The position numbers and the translations under genes are program-made. The notes beneath the pieces are model-generated. The model saw only the letters and a program-made list of their open reading frames with translations, was not told the origin of the DNA and did not search any database. A stretch of 64,000 nt of DNA from Longimicrobiales bacterium (GTDB lineage: Bacteria; Gemmatimonadota; Gemmatimonadetes; Longimicrobiales; Gaopeijiaceae). This document shows, in pieces, positions 29,153 to 39,025 of this stretch. Location: NCBI GenBank assembly GCA_041690395.1, contig JAWLHJ010000006.1, forward strand, positions 198,530-262,529, given 5' to 3'. Numbering within the stretch: the stretch's first letter is position 1; each line of letters begins with the position of its first letter.

Positions 29153-30312
29153 GGAATCGTGATCCATCCGGATGAATGCAGGGAAGACAGCGTCGGTGTG
29201 CAGTCCTGGGCAGCGACGGCGAACTCGAAGATCGTGCCCGACTCCACCGTGGCGTCCTGGTAGCTGTAGGAGGTCGCGCCTGCCGGAACCGCGACGAACG
29301 GGGCGCCCCAATCGGAGCTGCCGGCCACCCGGCGCCACAGCACGTACCGCACGACATCCTCCTCTCCGCCGGCCTCGTCGACGGCCTGCCCCCAGCTCAG
29401 GTCGACAGCGACCTCGCCTCCGGTCAGGGTCGTCGGCGCCGCCACAAGCGAGTCTCCGAAGATGGGCGCCGAGCCACACGTGGAGAGCACGCTCTGTCCG
29501 GAGTTGGGTAGGGCGATGCTTCGCTCGATGCGGACGGACCGCTCGTGCTCGCCCGTGAGACCGTTCGTGGCCACGAGTGTGACGCGGACCATGCGGATGC
29601 TGTCCGCTAGAGCAGAGGCTCCGGTGTCCGCCGGGGCGAGATGCAGCGGCTCCGAATGGTGGATGGGAAGCGCGCTGCCCGGCACGGCATCGAGCGCGGA
29701 CGTGCCCCCGATCTCCCGCTCGAACGCGAAGAAGGGAGTCGTTCCGTCGCGCAGCAGATGGCGCGCCACGACTTCGGGAGCGCCTCCGTTCACTTGCCGG
29801 TGGAGCACGAAGTCGTCGTCGCGATCCGTGATCGAGTCGGCCGCGAAAAAGAACGTCAGCATCTCCGCGGGGCTTGCGACCCCGGCGCCCACTTCGTAGG
29901 CGGAATCAGCCACGGTGACCGAGGTCGTCGGAACGGTGAACGACGACGCCGGGGCCCGGACCTGGCTCGCGGGAGCGTCCGGGTCATGGAAGACCGCAAA
30001 GGGATCACCAGCCACATCGGTCGCATAATCGGTGGAGAAGACGACGACGTCGTCATCCCCGTAGACGAGCGATGGCTGGTTGCCCGGCACGTTTGTACCG
30101 AGGGTCTCGAGATCCTGGGCCAAGGTCGTGACTGCGTAGCGCGCGTTCCTGAGGGCGCTCATGCGCTCGAGAGACATCTGGAACGCCGTGTTCTGCTGCG
30201 CCATGAACGACAGCGCAACGGAGATGACGACCCCGAAAATGGTGAGGGCGACCAGGAGCTCCACGAGCGTCATGCCGCACCGATCCGTGTGATGCATGAT
30301 TCGCGCGCTCAT
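29149..30312 (-). CDS. PilW-like minor pilin with C-terminal FN3-like domain
   Basis: G|MTLVELLVAL; C-terminal VDLSW...YVLWRR...YSYQDATV....EFAVAA. Confidence 0.82.
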   Translation of the reverse strand: MSARIMHHTDRCGMTLVELLVALTIFGVVISVALSFMAQQNTAFQMSLERMSALRNARYAVTTLAQDLETLGTNVPGNQPSLVYGDDDVVVFSTDYATDVAGDPFAVFHDPDAPASQVRAPASSFTVPTTSVTVADSAYEVGAGVASPAEMLTFFFAADSITDRDDDFVLHRQVNGGAPEVVARHLLRDGTTPFFAFEREIGGTSALDAVPGSALPIHHSEPLHLAPADTGASALADSIRMVRVTLVATNGLTGEHERSVRIERSIALPNSGQSVLSTCGSAPIFGDSLVAAPTTLTGGEVAVDLSWGQAVDEAGGEEDVVRYVLWRRVAGSSDWGAPFVAVPAGATSYSYQDATVESGTIFEFAVAAQDCTPTLSSLHSSGWITIP

Positions 30313-30692
30313 GGGGCGGCCACCACGAGGGTTCGCTTCACCGGCGACGTGAGGCCGGGTCCGGTCACGTTCACGGTCACCATCAGGTAGTCCAGGGTGT
30401 CGGGGCTGGTGACCTGGATGTGCTCGACCGTCGTGCTGCGCACGAAGCCTGGACCAGGAACGCCGTTCTCGACCGCTTCGTACAAGCTGTCCAGGAGGGT
30501 GTAGCGCCGATCCATCTCGATGCGGCCGATGCGGTCGTCGGCCGAATACACGGCCTGGGCACGGATCTCGGCGGTGGCGGCGGCGGTCGTGAGCCGGGTC
30601 GCCGAGCCGGCGAGACCGAGCACCGCAACGCTCAGGATCACAAGGGCCACGATCACCTCGACGACGGTGAAGCCTGCGCGCCCGGTCAACAT
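30309..30692 (-). CDS. PilV-like minor pilin
   Basis: G|FTVVEVIVALVILSVAVLGL; 127 aa. Confidence 0.85.
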   Translation of the reverse strand: MLTGRAGFTVVEVIVALVILSVAVLGLAGSATRLTTAAATAEIRAQAVYSADDRIGRIEMDRRYTLLDSLYEAVENGVPGPGFVRSTTVEHIQVTSPDTLDYLMVTVNVTGPGLTSPVKRTLVVAAP

Positions 30693-31264
30693 TCGGCCTC
30701 CCATGCGCCAGTCCGATACGAGAAGCAACGGACCTCGCCGGTCGATCGCTCGACGACGAGCGCACGAGCGCCAGCCGCGTCCGTGGACTGGGACCCCTCG
30801 AGCGGTCGCATGTAGATGCGCCCGGCCTCGCTCGCGCTTCCGTTGCGATGGAAGACGAGTCGCGGACCCGAGCCGTCGTCATCGAAAGTGGCGGTCGCCG
30901 TGCTCGGGTCCGCGCCGATCGCGGGGGTCGAGCCCAGCCCGAAGCCCACCGTCTCGGGCAGCTGGAGAAGGCGGACATCTTCACCCGCGTCGACGACACC
31001 GTCGTTGTCTCCGTCCCGATGCACCCGGAGCGAGCGCTCGTCCAGGAGGAAGGTGACGACCACGTCGTGCTGACGGAGCACGGCCAGGCGCTGGGCTGCA
31101 CCCAGTCCGGCCATCACTTCCTGAACACCCACGTCCGCGCGCCACCGTCCGGGGGTCACCAGCGGCGCCGCGATCGACGTCAGCACACCCACCATGGCGA
31201 GCACGACGATCAGCTCGGTGATGGTGAAGCCACGCCGGCACCTGGCCCATGCGTTCTGGTTCAC
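30686..31264 (-). CDS. FimT/FimU (GspH)-like minor pilin
   Basis: G|FTITELIVVL...AAP, AQRLAV, DGDNDGVVDAGE loop, FHRNG; GGAGA RBS before GTG 31264. Confidence 0.85.
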   Translation of the reverse strand: MNQNAWARCRRGFTITELIVVLAMVGVLTSIAAPLVTPGRWRADVGVQEVMAGLGAAQRLAVLRQHDVVVTFLLDERSLRVHRDGDNDGVVDAGEDVRLLQLPETVGFGLGSTPAIGADPSTATATFDDDGSGPRLVFHRNGSASEAGRIYMRPLEGSQSTDAAGARALVVERSTGEVRCFSYRTGAWEAEC

Positions 31265-31310
31265 GACGTCGTCTCCGGTCCGTACGAGGGGGGTGGGGCG
31301 GCTCGAAAGT

Positions 31311-31328
31311 CGCAACATGCGTGCCCCA
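31311..31328 (-). promoter_or_regulatory. Sigma54 promoter of the minor-pilin operon
   Basis: Minus strand GGGGCACGCATGTTGCG = GGCAC-N5-TTGC, about 47 bp upstream of the start codon. Confidence 0.7.
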
Positions 31329-31377
31329 CGGTGCCCTCGAGGCGCACCTCCATCGCAAGGGCGCAGGACCGGCGCTC

Positions 31378-31402
31378 TAAATCCCTGTTTCTCAAACACT
31401 TA
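31378..31402. promoter_or_regulatory. IHF-like site
   Basis: TCTCAAACACTTA has one mismatch to WATCAANNNNTTR and lies 50-75 bp upstream of the sigma54 box. Confidence 0.45.
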
Positions 31403-31612
31403 CGAATCTCCTCACGCGCATGCCGCGGTGGTCCCCACGCTCCGACAGAACCCTCTGGCATCATGCGCCACCCCGCTCTCCGCACCTACGAGCCCGGGGC
31501 CGGAAACGATTTCCGGGTTTCGGGAAACCCTTTTTCGCCCAGTCGCGTCTGATGAGGTGGGCACAGACGGCCACCGACTCCTCGCCTGGCGTGAGGGGTG
31601 AGGAGAGAGACG

Positions 31613-34066
31613 ATGGGGATGAGGGGATGGGGGAAGGAGCTCGGGATCGCGCTGCGTGGGCTCGGGCGGCATCGTATGTTCACGTTCGTGACCGTACTCA
31701 CACTCGCGCTGGGTATCGGAGCGAACACTGCGGTCTTCACCCTCGTCGACGGCGTGATGCTATCGCCGCTCCCCTTCGACGATCCCGACCAGCTCGTGGC
31801 CATCGAGCACCTGGGCCGTGACGGACAGGACGAGCTCCCCATGTCGCAGGGGCTCTACGTGCTCTACCGTGAGCAGGCGGCGTCCATCGACGAGATCGCG
31901 CTCTTCGCCTCCACGTCCGTCAACCTGATCGCCGACGGCGAGCCCCAGCGCGTGCAGGCCCAGGTCGTGACGCCCGGCTTCTTCGGCGTGCTTCGGGCCG
32001 CCCCCGCGCTCGGCCGCGCCTTCACGGAGGCCGAGGCTGCGCCGGGCGGGGAGCAGGTGGTTCTGCTGAGCGACGGGCTCTGGCGGACGAGCTTCGGAGG
32101 CGACCCCTCGGTGCTCGACCGGACCCTCGACGTGAACGGGACCAGTCGCCGGATCGTCGGGGTGATGCCGCCCGACTTCGGACACCCGGATCGTGAAGCC
32201 CGCCTCTGGGTGCCGATGGTCATCGACCCGGTCCAGGCTCCGCTCGCTGCGTTCGGCGCAGGAGGCATCGCGCGGATGACCGACGGCACGACGGTCGAGG
32301 GGCTGCATACGGAGATCGAGGGGCTGATCGGCAGGCTGCCCGAGATCTTCCCGGAGTCGGGGGCCTCGGCATTCCTCACGCAGGTGGGCCTGACGTCCGA
32401 GATCCATCCGCTGAAGGAGGCCGTGGTGGGAGACGTCTCGTCCACGCTGTGGATCCTGCTCAGCACGGTGGGATTCGTCCTGCTCATCGCCTGCGCGAAC
32501 GTGGCGAACCTACTGCTCGTCCGCGCGGAGGGACGGAGCCGGGAGCTGGCGCTCCGGATGGCGCTGGGCGCCGGCCGCGGCCAGGTGCTCCGGGCCTTCA
32601 TGAGCGAAAGTCTCCTGCTGGCCGCGGCCGGCGGGGTTCTGGGCACGCTCATCGCCGCCGGCGCGGTCAGCTTCGTGTTCGGGCTGCTGCCGACGGATCT
32701 CCCCCGCATGGCCGAGATCGGCATGGACACGCGCGTGCTCGCGTTCACGGCGGTCCTCGCGCTCGGGTGCGCGGTCTTCTTCGGGCTCTTCCCGATGCTC
32801 CGGGCCGGCAGCCGCGACCTCGCGGCCCGGCTCCGGTCCGACGGTGGGCGCGGCGCCACGGGAGGGCGTGAGACCCACCGGCTTCGCAGCGGGCTCGTCG
32901 TGACCCAGGTGGCACTCGCGCTCGTCCTTCTCGTCGGCGCCGGCCTGATGCTGCGGAGCTTCCAGGCGCTGCGGGCCCTGGACCCCGGATTCGACGCGGA
33001 GGGCGTGCTCGTGGCGCAGTTCTCCGTTCCCCCTGGTGAGATCCAGGGATGGGAGGAGACGGCAGGCTTCTTCCGGACCCTCGGCGACCGGCTGCGCTCC
33101 CAACCGGGGGTCGAGGCGGTCGGCTTCGGGCAGAGCGCCCCCCTGGCCGGCGGCGGTCTCCCGTTCTTCAACGTCGACGTGGAGGACCATCCACGGGCCG
33201 AAGGCGAGATCCCCATCTTCGCGAACCACAACTTCGTCGAGCCGGGCTTCTTCGAGGCTCTGGAGATCGATCTCCTCGACGGCCGGACGTTCCAGACCGG
33301 CGACGGCGCCGAAGGGACGCGCGCCGCGATCGTGAGCCGGGCCTTCGCGGAGCGCTGGTGGCCGGGCTCCAGCCCGCTCGGCCGGCAGATCCGAATCGGG
33401 CCCGAGGAGTGGTACGTGGTCGTGGGCGTGGTCGCCGATGTCCACTACGAGAGCCTGGAGGACGCGCCGGGCGAGCTCGTCTACTGGCCCGCGACGAGCG
33501 GTACCGCCGACGACCCCCAGCCCACGCGCACCATGCAGGTGACGATGAAGACGTCGTCGGACGCGCTCGCGTTCGTGGACGTCCTCCGCCGTGAGGCTCT
33601 GGCGGTCAACCCGAGGATCCCCCTCTCCAACCCCCGTCGGATGGAAGACGTGCTCGACGCGGCTGGAGCCCGGACATCGTTCACGATGACGCTCCTCGGC
33701 ACGGCGGCCGGGATCGCTCTGCTGCTCGGCCTCGTCGGCATCTACGGGGTCGTGTCGTACATCGTGGCCCAACGTACACGCGAGATCGGCGTGCGGATGG
33801 CGCTCGGTGCCACCTCCGGCGCCGTCCGGGGCATGGTCGTGCGTCAGGGGGCCGCGCTCGCCGGGCTCGGGGCCGTTCTGGGGCTCCTCGTGGCCGGTGC
33901 GCTGAGCTCGGTCATGGAGTCCCAGCTCTTCGGCATCGGCCCCACCGATCCGACGACGTACGCGTCCGTCGCTCTGCTGCTGGTCACCGTGTCGCTCGTG
34001 GCCACGTGGATCCCGGCCAGTCGCGCGGCGCGCGTGGACCCGGCCGACGCGCTTCGCGCCGAATGA
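31613..34066 (+). CDS. Duplicated MacB/FtsX-type ABC permease (ADOP-like orphan permease)
   Basis: TLALGIGANTAVF, LLIACANVANLLL, QVALALVLLVGAGL, QRTREIGVRMALGA, PASRAARVDP..ALR.E. Confidence 0.92.
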   Translation: MGMRGWGKELGIALRGLGRHRMFTFVTVLTLALGIGANTAVFTLVDGVMLSPLPFDDPDQLVAIEHLGRDGQDELPMSQGLYVLYREQAASIDEIALFASTSVNLIADGEPQRVQAQVVTPGFFGVLRAAPALGRAFTEAEAAPGGEQVVLLSDGLWRTSFGGDPSVLDRTLDVNGTSRRIVGVMPPDFGHPDREARLWVPMVIDPVQAPLAAFGAGGIARMTDGTTVEGLHTEIEGLIGRLPEIFPESGASAFLTQVGLTSEIHPLKEAVVGDVSSTLWILLSTVGFVLLIACANVANLLLVRAEGRSRELALRMALGAGRGQVLRAFMSESLLLAAAGGVLGTLIAAGAVSFVFGLLPTDLPRMAEIGMDTRVLAFTAVLALGCAVFFGLFPMLRAGSRDLAARLRSDGGRGATGGRETHRLRSGLVVTQVALALVLLVGAGLMLRSFQALRALDPGFDAEGVLVAQFSVPPGEIQGWEETAGFFRTLGDRLRSQPGVEAVGFGQSAPLAGGGLPFFNVDVEDHPRAEGEIPIFANHNFVEPGFFEALEIDLLDGRTFQTGDGAEGTRAAIVSRAFAERWWPGSSPLGRQIRIGPEEWYVVVGVVADVHYESLEDAPGELVYWPATSGTADDPQPTRTMQVTMKTSSDALAFVDVLRREALAVNPRIPLSNPRRMEDVLDAAGARTSFTMTLLGTAAGIALLLGLVGIYGVVSYIVAQRTREIGVRMALGATSGAVRGMVVRQGAALAGLGAVLGLLVAGALSSVMESQLFGIGPTDPTTYASVALLLVTVSLVATWIPASRAARVDPADALRAE

Positions 34067-34189
34067 GGAGGGGCGGTCCGGGGCGGTGCAGCCTTGTCAG
34101 GCGCGCCCGACGGTGCGAACTCCATCGCGTGCCCCGGACCGCGCCCTCGACCCGGGCGTCCTCGACGCCGACCCCTCGACCCAGCCGAC

Positions 34190-34486
34190 ATGAAGCTCAT
34201 CGCCACGAAGAAGAAGGAGCAGAACAGCTCGGTCCTCGATCCGTGGACGGTCGTGCACTTCGCGGCCGGCCTGGCGGCCGGGCTCGTGAACCTTCCCCGG
34301 GACTGGGCGATCGCCGGTGCGGTCGCGTACGAGCTCGCCGAGCAGTACGCCGAGCGTAGGGAATGGGGACAGGAGTTCTTCGAGACGCGCCGCCCGGAGT
34401 CCCTTTCCAACGCCGTCATCGACGTGGCCGTGTTCGTGGTCGGGCATCGGCTCGGGGAGGCCTGGAACGACACGGGCCAAGCGTAG
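34190..34486 (+). CDS. Small membrane protein
   Basis: DPW..VH...G / YE..E / ES..N...D motifs set in hydrophobic helices. Confidence 0.65.
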   Translation: MKLIATKKKEQNSSVLDPWTVVHFAAGLAAGLVNLPRDWAIAGAVAYELAEQYAERREWGQEFFETRRPESLSNAVIDVAVFVVGHRLGEAWNDTGQA

Positions 34487-34541
34487 CGCGTTTCTCGGCG
34501 GCATGGACGGCCTGCGGAAGCCGTGGTCGCTCACCCTGTAT

Positions 34542-35210
34542 CTACATGATGATCCGGTAGGGAAACCACGCCGAAACCGGTGAGCCGTCACGCGTCGCCG
34601 GGCGGAACACCCACTCCGATGCCTCACGGATCAGGCGACGGTTGAAGTCGCCGTCGCGCGTCGGCGGGTCGAGCCGGGTCGAATCCGCCACCACGCGGCC
34701 GGCCTGGTCGACGAAGACCCAGACCTGGACCTCGGTACCGCGCAGGTCCCGGTTCGTCGGGGGGATGATCATCCCGCGCGGCGACGGCGGCTGCATCGCG
34801 TCGACCCCACTTTCGGCGTCGCCCCGGTCTCCGCCTCCGGTCCCAGCCTCCACGCCGGGGACCTCCTCGAGACCGGGCCGGTCGCCGAGGAGATCGGCGG
34901 GGTCGACCTGCGGCGCCTCCTCGAACTCGACGATCTCGACGGTGGTCTCGACCGCGATCGGAACCGGCGGCGGCACCACCGGCGTCTCCGGCGACGCCCG
35001 GATGTTCATGGCCTGCATCGCGCCTGCGGCCGCACGGTCGTCCCCGCGCTCGGGTCCCGCGGCCGACGTCGACGCGACCGGGATCAAGTCACCCCGCCAG
35101 AAGAGGAAGACGGCCAGGTGAAGCACCAACGAGACCGCCAGCCCGGCGCGCCAGATCACCCGCTCACGCTGGCGGCGGCGCTTCAGGGAGAGTGGCTCGC
35201 TGGAATCCAT
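34542..35210 (-). CDS. TonB-family energy transducer
   Basis: N-terminal TM with S...H, Pro-rich linker, C-terminal GTEVQVWVFVD..G.V...W.FRPA..DG.PV. Confidence 0.8.
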   Translation of the reverse strand: MDSSEPLSLKRRRQRERVIWRAGLAVSLVLHLAVFLFWRGDLIPVASTSAAGPERGDDRAAAGAMQAMNIRASPETPVVPPPVPIAVETTVEIVEFEEAPQVDPADLLGDRPGLEEVPGVEAGTGGGDRGDAESGVDAMQPPSPRGMIIPPTNRDLRGTEVQVWVFVDQAGRVVADSTRLDPPTRDGDFNRRLIREASEWVFRPATRDGSPVSAWFPYRIIM

Positions 35211-35396
35211 GATCCGGACCCGTGGATGAGGTGAGGGGCGGGGTCGCCCCGTGGAGATGTCTTACTGATCGGGTCGTGCTGGGGTTTCGTACCGTCGTCC
35301 ATGCAGGCGCGGTCCGTTGCATCGCCCGGGCGCCCCGGTCACCTTTCTCAACCTGACTTTCCCCTCTCCCGACTTCGGGGCCGCTGCCGTGCGGGC

Positions 35397-36299
35397 ATGG
35401 CGGCCTCTTCCATGCGAACCTCCCCCTCTTCCGACACCTCCGAAAGCCGCGTCCGCGCGTTCTACGAGCTGACCAAGCCCGGAATCGCGGGCTACGTCAT
35501 GGTCACGGCAGGCGCGGCCGCATACGTGGGATCGGCCGGCGCCCTGGAGCTGTCCGCCGCGCTGCACACGATCGTGGGGACGGGGCTGGCCACCGGCGGC
35601 GCACTGTCGCTGAACCAATACGTCGAGCGGGATATCGACGCCGTGATGCTCCGCACCCAGGGCCGGCCCATTCCGTCCGGGCGGGTGACGCCGATGGAAG
35701 CCCTCGGCTTCGGAGGTGTCCTCCTCATGGGAGGCCTCGTCTACCTCGCCGGCATGGTCGGGGCTCTCCCCGCGGCCCTCGCCGCCGCCAGCGCGATCGT
35801 CTACCACGGCGTGTACACCCCCCTCAAGACGCGGTCGTACGTCGCCACGCTGGCAGGATCGGTGCCGGGCGCACTCCCGATGCTGATCGGGTGGACGGCG
35901 GCGACGGACACGATCGGGGCGGGCGGGCTGGCGCTGTTCGCCATCGGGTACCTGTGGCAGCTCCCGCACGTCCTCGGCCTCGCGTGGATGCTCCGCGACG
36001 ACTACGCACGGGTGGGTTTCAAGCTGATCCCCGAGGGCGGCGCACGCTCCATCGGGTTGCAGATGGTGGCATCCACCGGCCTTCTCGTGCCCGTGAGCTG
36101 GCTGCCGACCTTCCTCGGGCTGACGGGTTCGGTCTACCTCGTGGGCGCCACGCTTCTCGGCCTCGTCTTCCTGTGGCGCGCCCTCCAGGCGGCCGGAGAC
36201 CTCGACGAGCGGTCCGCGCGCCGGGTGTTTCTGACCTCGCTGCTCTACCATCCGTTGCTGCTCTGCCTCATGCTGTTCGATACGGTCCGCACGCTCTGA
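35397..36299 (+). CDS. cyoE: Protoheme IX farnesyltransferase (heme O synthase)
   Basis: LTKPG, NQYVERDIDAVMLRT..RPIPSG, YTPLK, PGALP..IGW, WQLPH, DDY. Confidence 0.93.
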   Translation: MAASSMRTSPSSDTSESRVRAFYELTKPGIAGYVMVTAGAAAYVGSAGALELSAALHTIVGTGLATGGALSLNQYVERDIDAVMLRTQGRPIPSGRVTPMEALGFGGVLLMGGLVYLAGMVGALPAALAAASAIVYHGVYTPLKTRSYVATLAGSVPGALPMLIGWTAATDTIGAGGLALFAIGYLWQLPHVLGLAWMLRDDYARVGFKLIPEGGARSIGLQMVASTGLLVPVSWLPTFLGLTGSVYLVGATLLGLVFLWRALQAAGDLDERSARRVFLTSLLYHPLLLCLMLFDTVRTL

Positions 36300-36334
36300 C
36301 AACCAGACGACACCCTTCCAGGGAGGACGCCGCG

Positions 36335-37549
36335 ATGGCACCCCGTCACCCCAAGACGCCGCGGACGGTGCTTCCGGCAACCGTCCTGGTCAGCTCGTTC
36401 GTGATCGGTACGGTCCTGGCAGCGGCGAGCCCGGCCGCGAGCCAGGAGCGTCCGCGCGCCCGTGACCTCGGGATGCAGGTCGGCATCTTCCAGCCCGGCG
36501 AGCACAACGCGATCACCGACGTGGCGGGCGTACGGGTCGGGCACGCCACCGTAGTCGAGCCACCGAACGTGAGGACCGGAGTGACCGCGATCCTCCCGCA
36601 CGGGGGCAACGCGTACATGTCGCGGGTTCCCGCCGCGATGCACGTCGGCAACGGCTACGGCAAGCTCCTCGGCATCACCCAGGTCCGCGAGCTGGGTGAG
36701 CTCGAGACGCCCATCCTGCTCACCTGTACGCTGTGCGTCTGGAAGGCGGCCGACGCCATGGTGGAGTGGATGCTGGAGCGGCCCGACATGGAGGACGTCC
36801 GCTCGCTCAACGCCGTCGTGGGAGAGACCAACGACGGGGGGCTGAACGACATACGTAGCCGGCCGATCGAGCCGGAGCACGTTCGCCGGGCGCTCGAGTC
36901 GGCCTCGGACGGGCCGGTCGCCGAGGGCGCGGTGGGCGCCGGCGCGGGGACGTCGGCCTTCGGCTGGAAGGGCGGCATCGGCACGAGCAGCCGGATCGTT
37001 CCCACCTCGCTGGGAGGCTACACGGTCGGCGTCCTCGTGCAGTCGAACTATGGGGGCGTGCTCCAGATGAACGGCGCGCCGGTCGGCGTGGAGCTCGGCC
37101 AGTTCGCCTTCTCCGGCCAGGTCGCACGGCCCGAGGCACCCGCCCCCGATCCGGCCGAAGACCCCCAGGAATGGGGCTCGATCATGATCGTGGTGGCCAC
37201 CGACGCGCCTCTCTCGGCCCGGAACCTCGAGCGACTCGCGGCCCGGGCCATCATGGGGCTCGCTCGAACGGGCTCGGCCGCCAGTAACGGATCGGGCGAC
37301 TACGCCATCGCCTTCTCGACCGCCTCGGGCGTGCGCCGCGGCACCGGCCCTGAGACCCGGAGCTTCGACGACCTGCCCAACTCACGGACGAGCGCGCTCT
37401 TCCAGGCCGTGGTCGAAGCGACCGAGGAGGCCATCTACAACTCGCTCCTCAAAGCGGAAACGGTGACCAGCAACGGGCGCACCGTCGAGGCGCTCCCACT
37501 GGAGGAGACCATCGAGATCCTGCGGCGGTACGGCGCGATCCCGCAGTAG
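36335..37549 (+). CDS. P1/S58 family peptidase (DmpA-like), exported
   Basis: NAITDVAGVRVGH, TGVTAILP, GAVGAG.G, GWKGGIGTSSR, SNGSGD cleavage site; signal peptide. Confidence 0.92.
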   Translation: MAPRHPKTPRTVLPATVLVSSFVIGTVLAAASPAASQERPRARDLGMQVGIFQPGEHNAITDVAGVRVGHATVVEPPNVRTGVTAILPHGGNAYMSRVPAAMHVGNGYGKLLGITQVRELGELETPILLTCTLCVWKAADAMVEWMLERPDMEDVRSLNAVVGETNDGGLNDIRSRPIEPEHVRRALESASDGPVAEGAVGAGAGTSAFGWKGGIGTSSRIVPTSLGGYTVGVLVQSNYGGVLQMNGAPVGVELGQFAFSGQVARPEAPAPDPAEDPQEWGSIMIVVATDAPLSARNLERLAARAIMGLARTGSAASNGSGDYAIAFSTASGVRRGTGPETRSFDDLPNSRTSALFQAVVEATEEAIYNSLLKAETVTSNGRTVEALPLEETIEILRRYGAIPQ

Positions 37550-37603
37550 CGGAAGCGAGGCGGGCGCGCCGGCTCAGCAAGGCGCCCGCTCCTCCGCGAG
37601 CGC

Positions 37604-38998
37604 CTACAACTCGAAGGAGTCGCCGCGCTCGGGCATGGTCACGTTGTCGTAGCCGCGCTCCTCGAGCGCGTTCGCGAGTGCGATCTGCCGCCCGGGCTCG
37701 CCATGGACCAGGAAGGTCCTGCGGAGCCGCTGACGGTCCAGCCGCCCGATGAACTCCAACAGCTCGGGCTCGTCGGCGTGCGCGGAGTAGGAGTTCATGA
37801 CCTCGACCTCCGCCCGCAACGGATGGGGCTCGCCGAAGATCCTCACCTCCGGCTCGCGATCGACGATGCGCTTGCCCAGCGTGTGCTCGGCGCAATAGCC
37901 CACGATGAGCACGGTGTTGCGGGGGTCCGAGATGTTGTTCCGCAGGTGGTGGAGGATGCGGCCGGCCTCCGCCATCCCCGACGCCGAGATGATCACCATC
38001 GGCAGCCGGGAGGAGTTCAGCTTCTTCGACTCCTGGACGTCGCGGATGTACGTCAGCCGTCCGAACCCGAACGGATGCGCGTCCGTCTCCATGTACGCCC
38101 GCATCTTGTCGTCGAAGCACTCCGGATGCGCCCGGAAGATGTCGGTGACGTTCACCGCGAGCGGGCTGTCGACGAAGATCGGGATGGGCGGCAGGCGCCC
38201 CTCGTTCTCGAGCTCGTCCAGCCGGTGCACGATTTCCTGGGTCCGGCCCACCGCGAACGCGGGGATGATGACCTTTCCGCCCCGGGCCGCCGTCCGCCCC
38301 ACGACTTCCGCGAGTCGATCCTTGGCCTTGTCGGGCGGATCGTGTACTTCTCCGCCGTAGGTCGACTCCGTGATGAGGTAGTCGCAGTCGGCCATCGTCT
38401 CGGGGTCGCGAAGGATTGGACGGTTCGCCCGTCCCACGTCGCCGGTGAAGCCGAGCTTCACGGTCCGCGTCCCCTCGCGCACCGTCAGCACCATGGTCGC
38501 CGACCCGAGAATGTGCCCGGCGTCCCGGTACTCGACCTCGAGACCGGGGAGGGGTTGGAAGGGCGTCCCGTAGTCCACGCCTTCGAACTGCTCGAGCACC
38601 GCCTCGGCGTCCTCCATGCGGTACAGCGGCTCGAGCCGGTCGTCACCCCGTCGCCGCTCGCGACGGTTCACCCACTCGATGTCCTTCTCCTGGATGAACG
38701 CGCTGTCACGGAGCATCGCCCCGCACAGGTCGCGCGTGGCGTGGGTCGCCCACACCGTTCCCCTGAATCCCTGCTTCTGGAACGCCGGCAGCAGCCCGGA
38801 ATGGTCGATGTGCGCGTGCGACAGGAGCACGGCATCGACGGTCGCCGGGTCGACGGGCATGGAAGCGTTCCTGCGCCGGGCCTCGGCCCGTCGCCCCTGG
38901 AACAACCCGCAGTCCAGCAACACGCGCCCACCCTCGAACTCGAGGAGATGGGCGGAGCCGGTGACGGTACGCGCCGCGCCCCAGAACGTGAGCCTCAC
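37604..38998 (-). CDS. MBL-fold beta-CASP ribonuclease
   Basis: LSHAHIDHSG, AGHILG, ESTYG, PAFAVGRTQ, SASGM, SAHAD, VHGE. Confidence 0.92.
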   Translation of the reverse strand: MRLTFWGAARTVTGSAHLLEFEGGRVLLDCGLFQGRRAEARRRNASMPVDPATVDAVLLSHAHIDHSGLLPAFQKQGFRGTVWATHATRDLCGAMLRDSAFIQEKDIEWVNRRERRRGDDRLEPLYRMEDAEAVLEQFEGVDYGTPFQPLPGLEVEYRDAGHILGSATMVLTVREGTRTVKLGFTGDVGRANRPILRDPETMADCDYLITESTYGGEVHDPPDKAKDRLAEVVGRTAARGGKVIIPAFAVGRTQEIVHRLDELENEGRLPPIPIFVDSPLAVNVTDIFRAHPECFDDKMRAYMETDAHPFGFGRLTYIRDVQESKKLNSSRLPMVIISASGMAEAGRILHHLRNNISDPRNTVLIVGYCAEHTLGKRIVDREPEVRIFGEPHPLRAEVEVMNSYSAHADEPELLEFIGRLDRQRLRRTFLVHGEPGRQIALANALEERGYDNVTMPERGDSFEL

Positions 38999-39025
38999 GC
39001 TGCGCTCTCCATCACCGGCCGGCCA

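Noticed and set aside
35306..35320. Sigma54-like boxes upstream of cyoE and at 54265-54279
   Set aside because: Both have GG-N11-GC spacing; sigma54 requires N10.
37604..38998. beta-CASP nuclease or dCMP deaminase (41844-42362) as anti-phage genes
   Set aside because: Both are ordinary-length housekeeping-type proteins in a metabolic gene run. The deaminase lacks the extra kinase-like domain of defensive dCTP deaminases.
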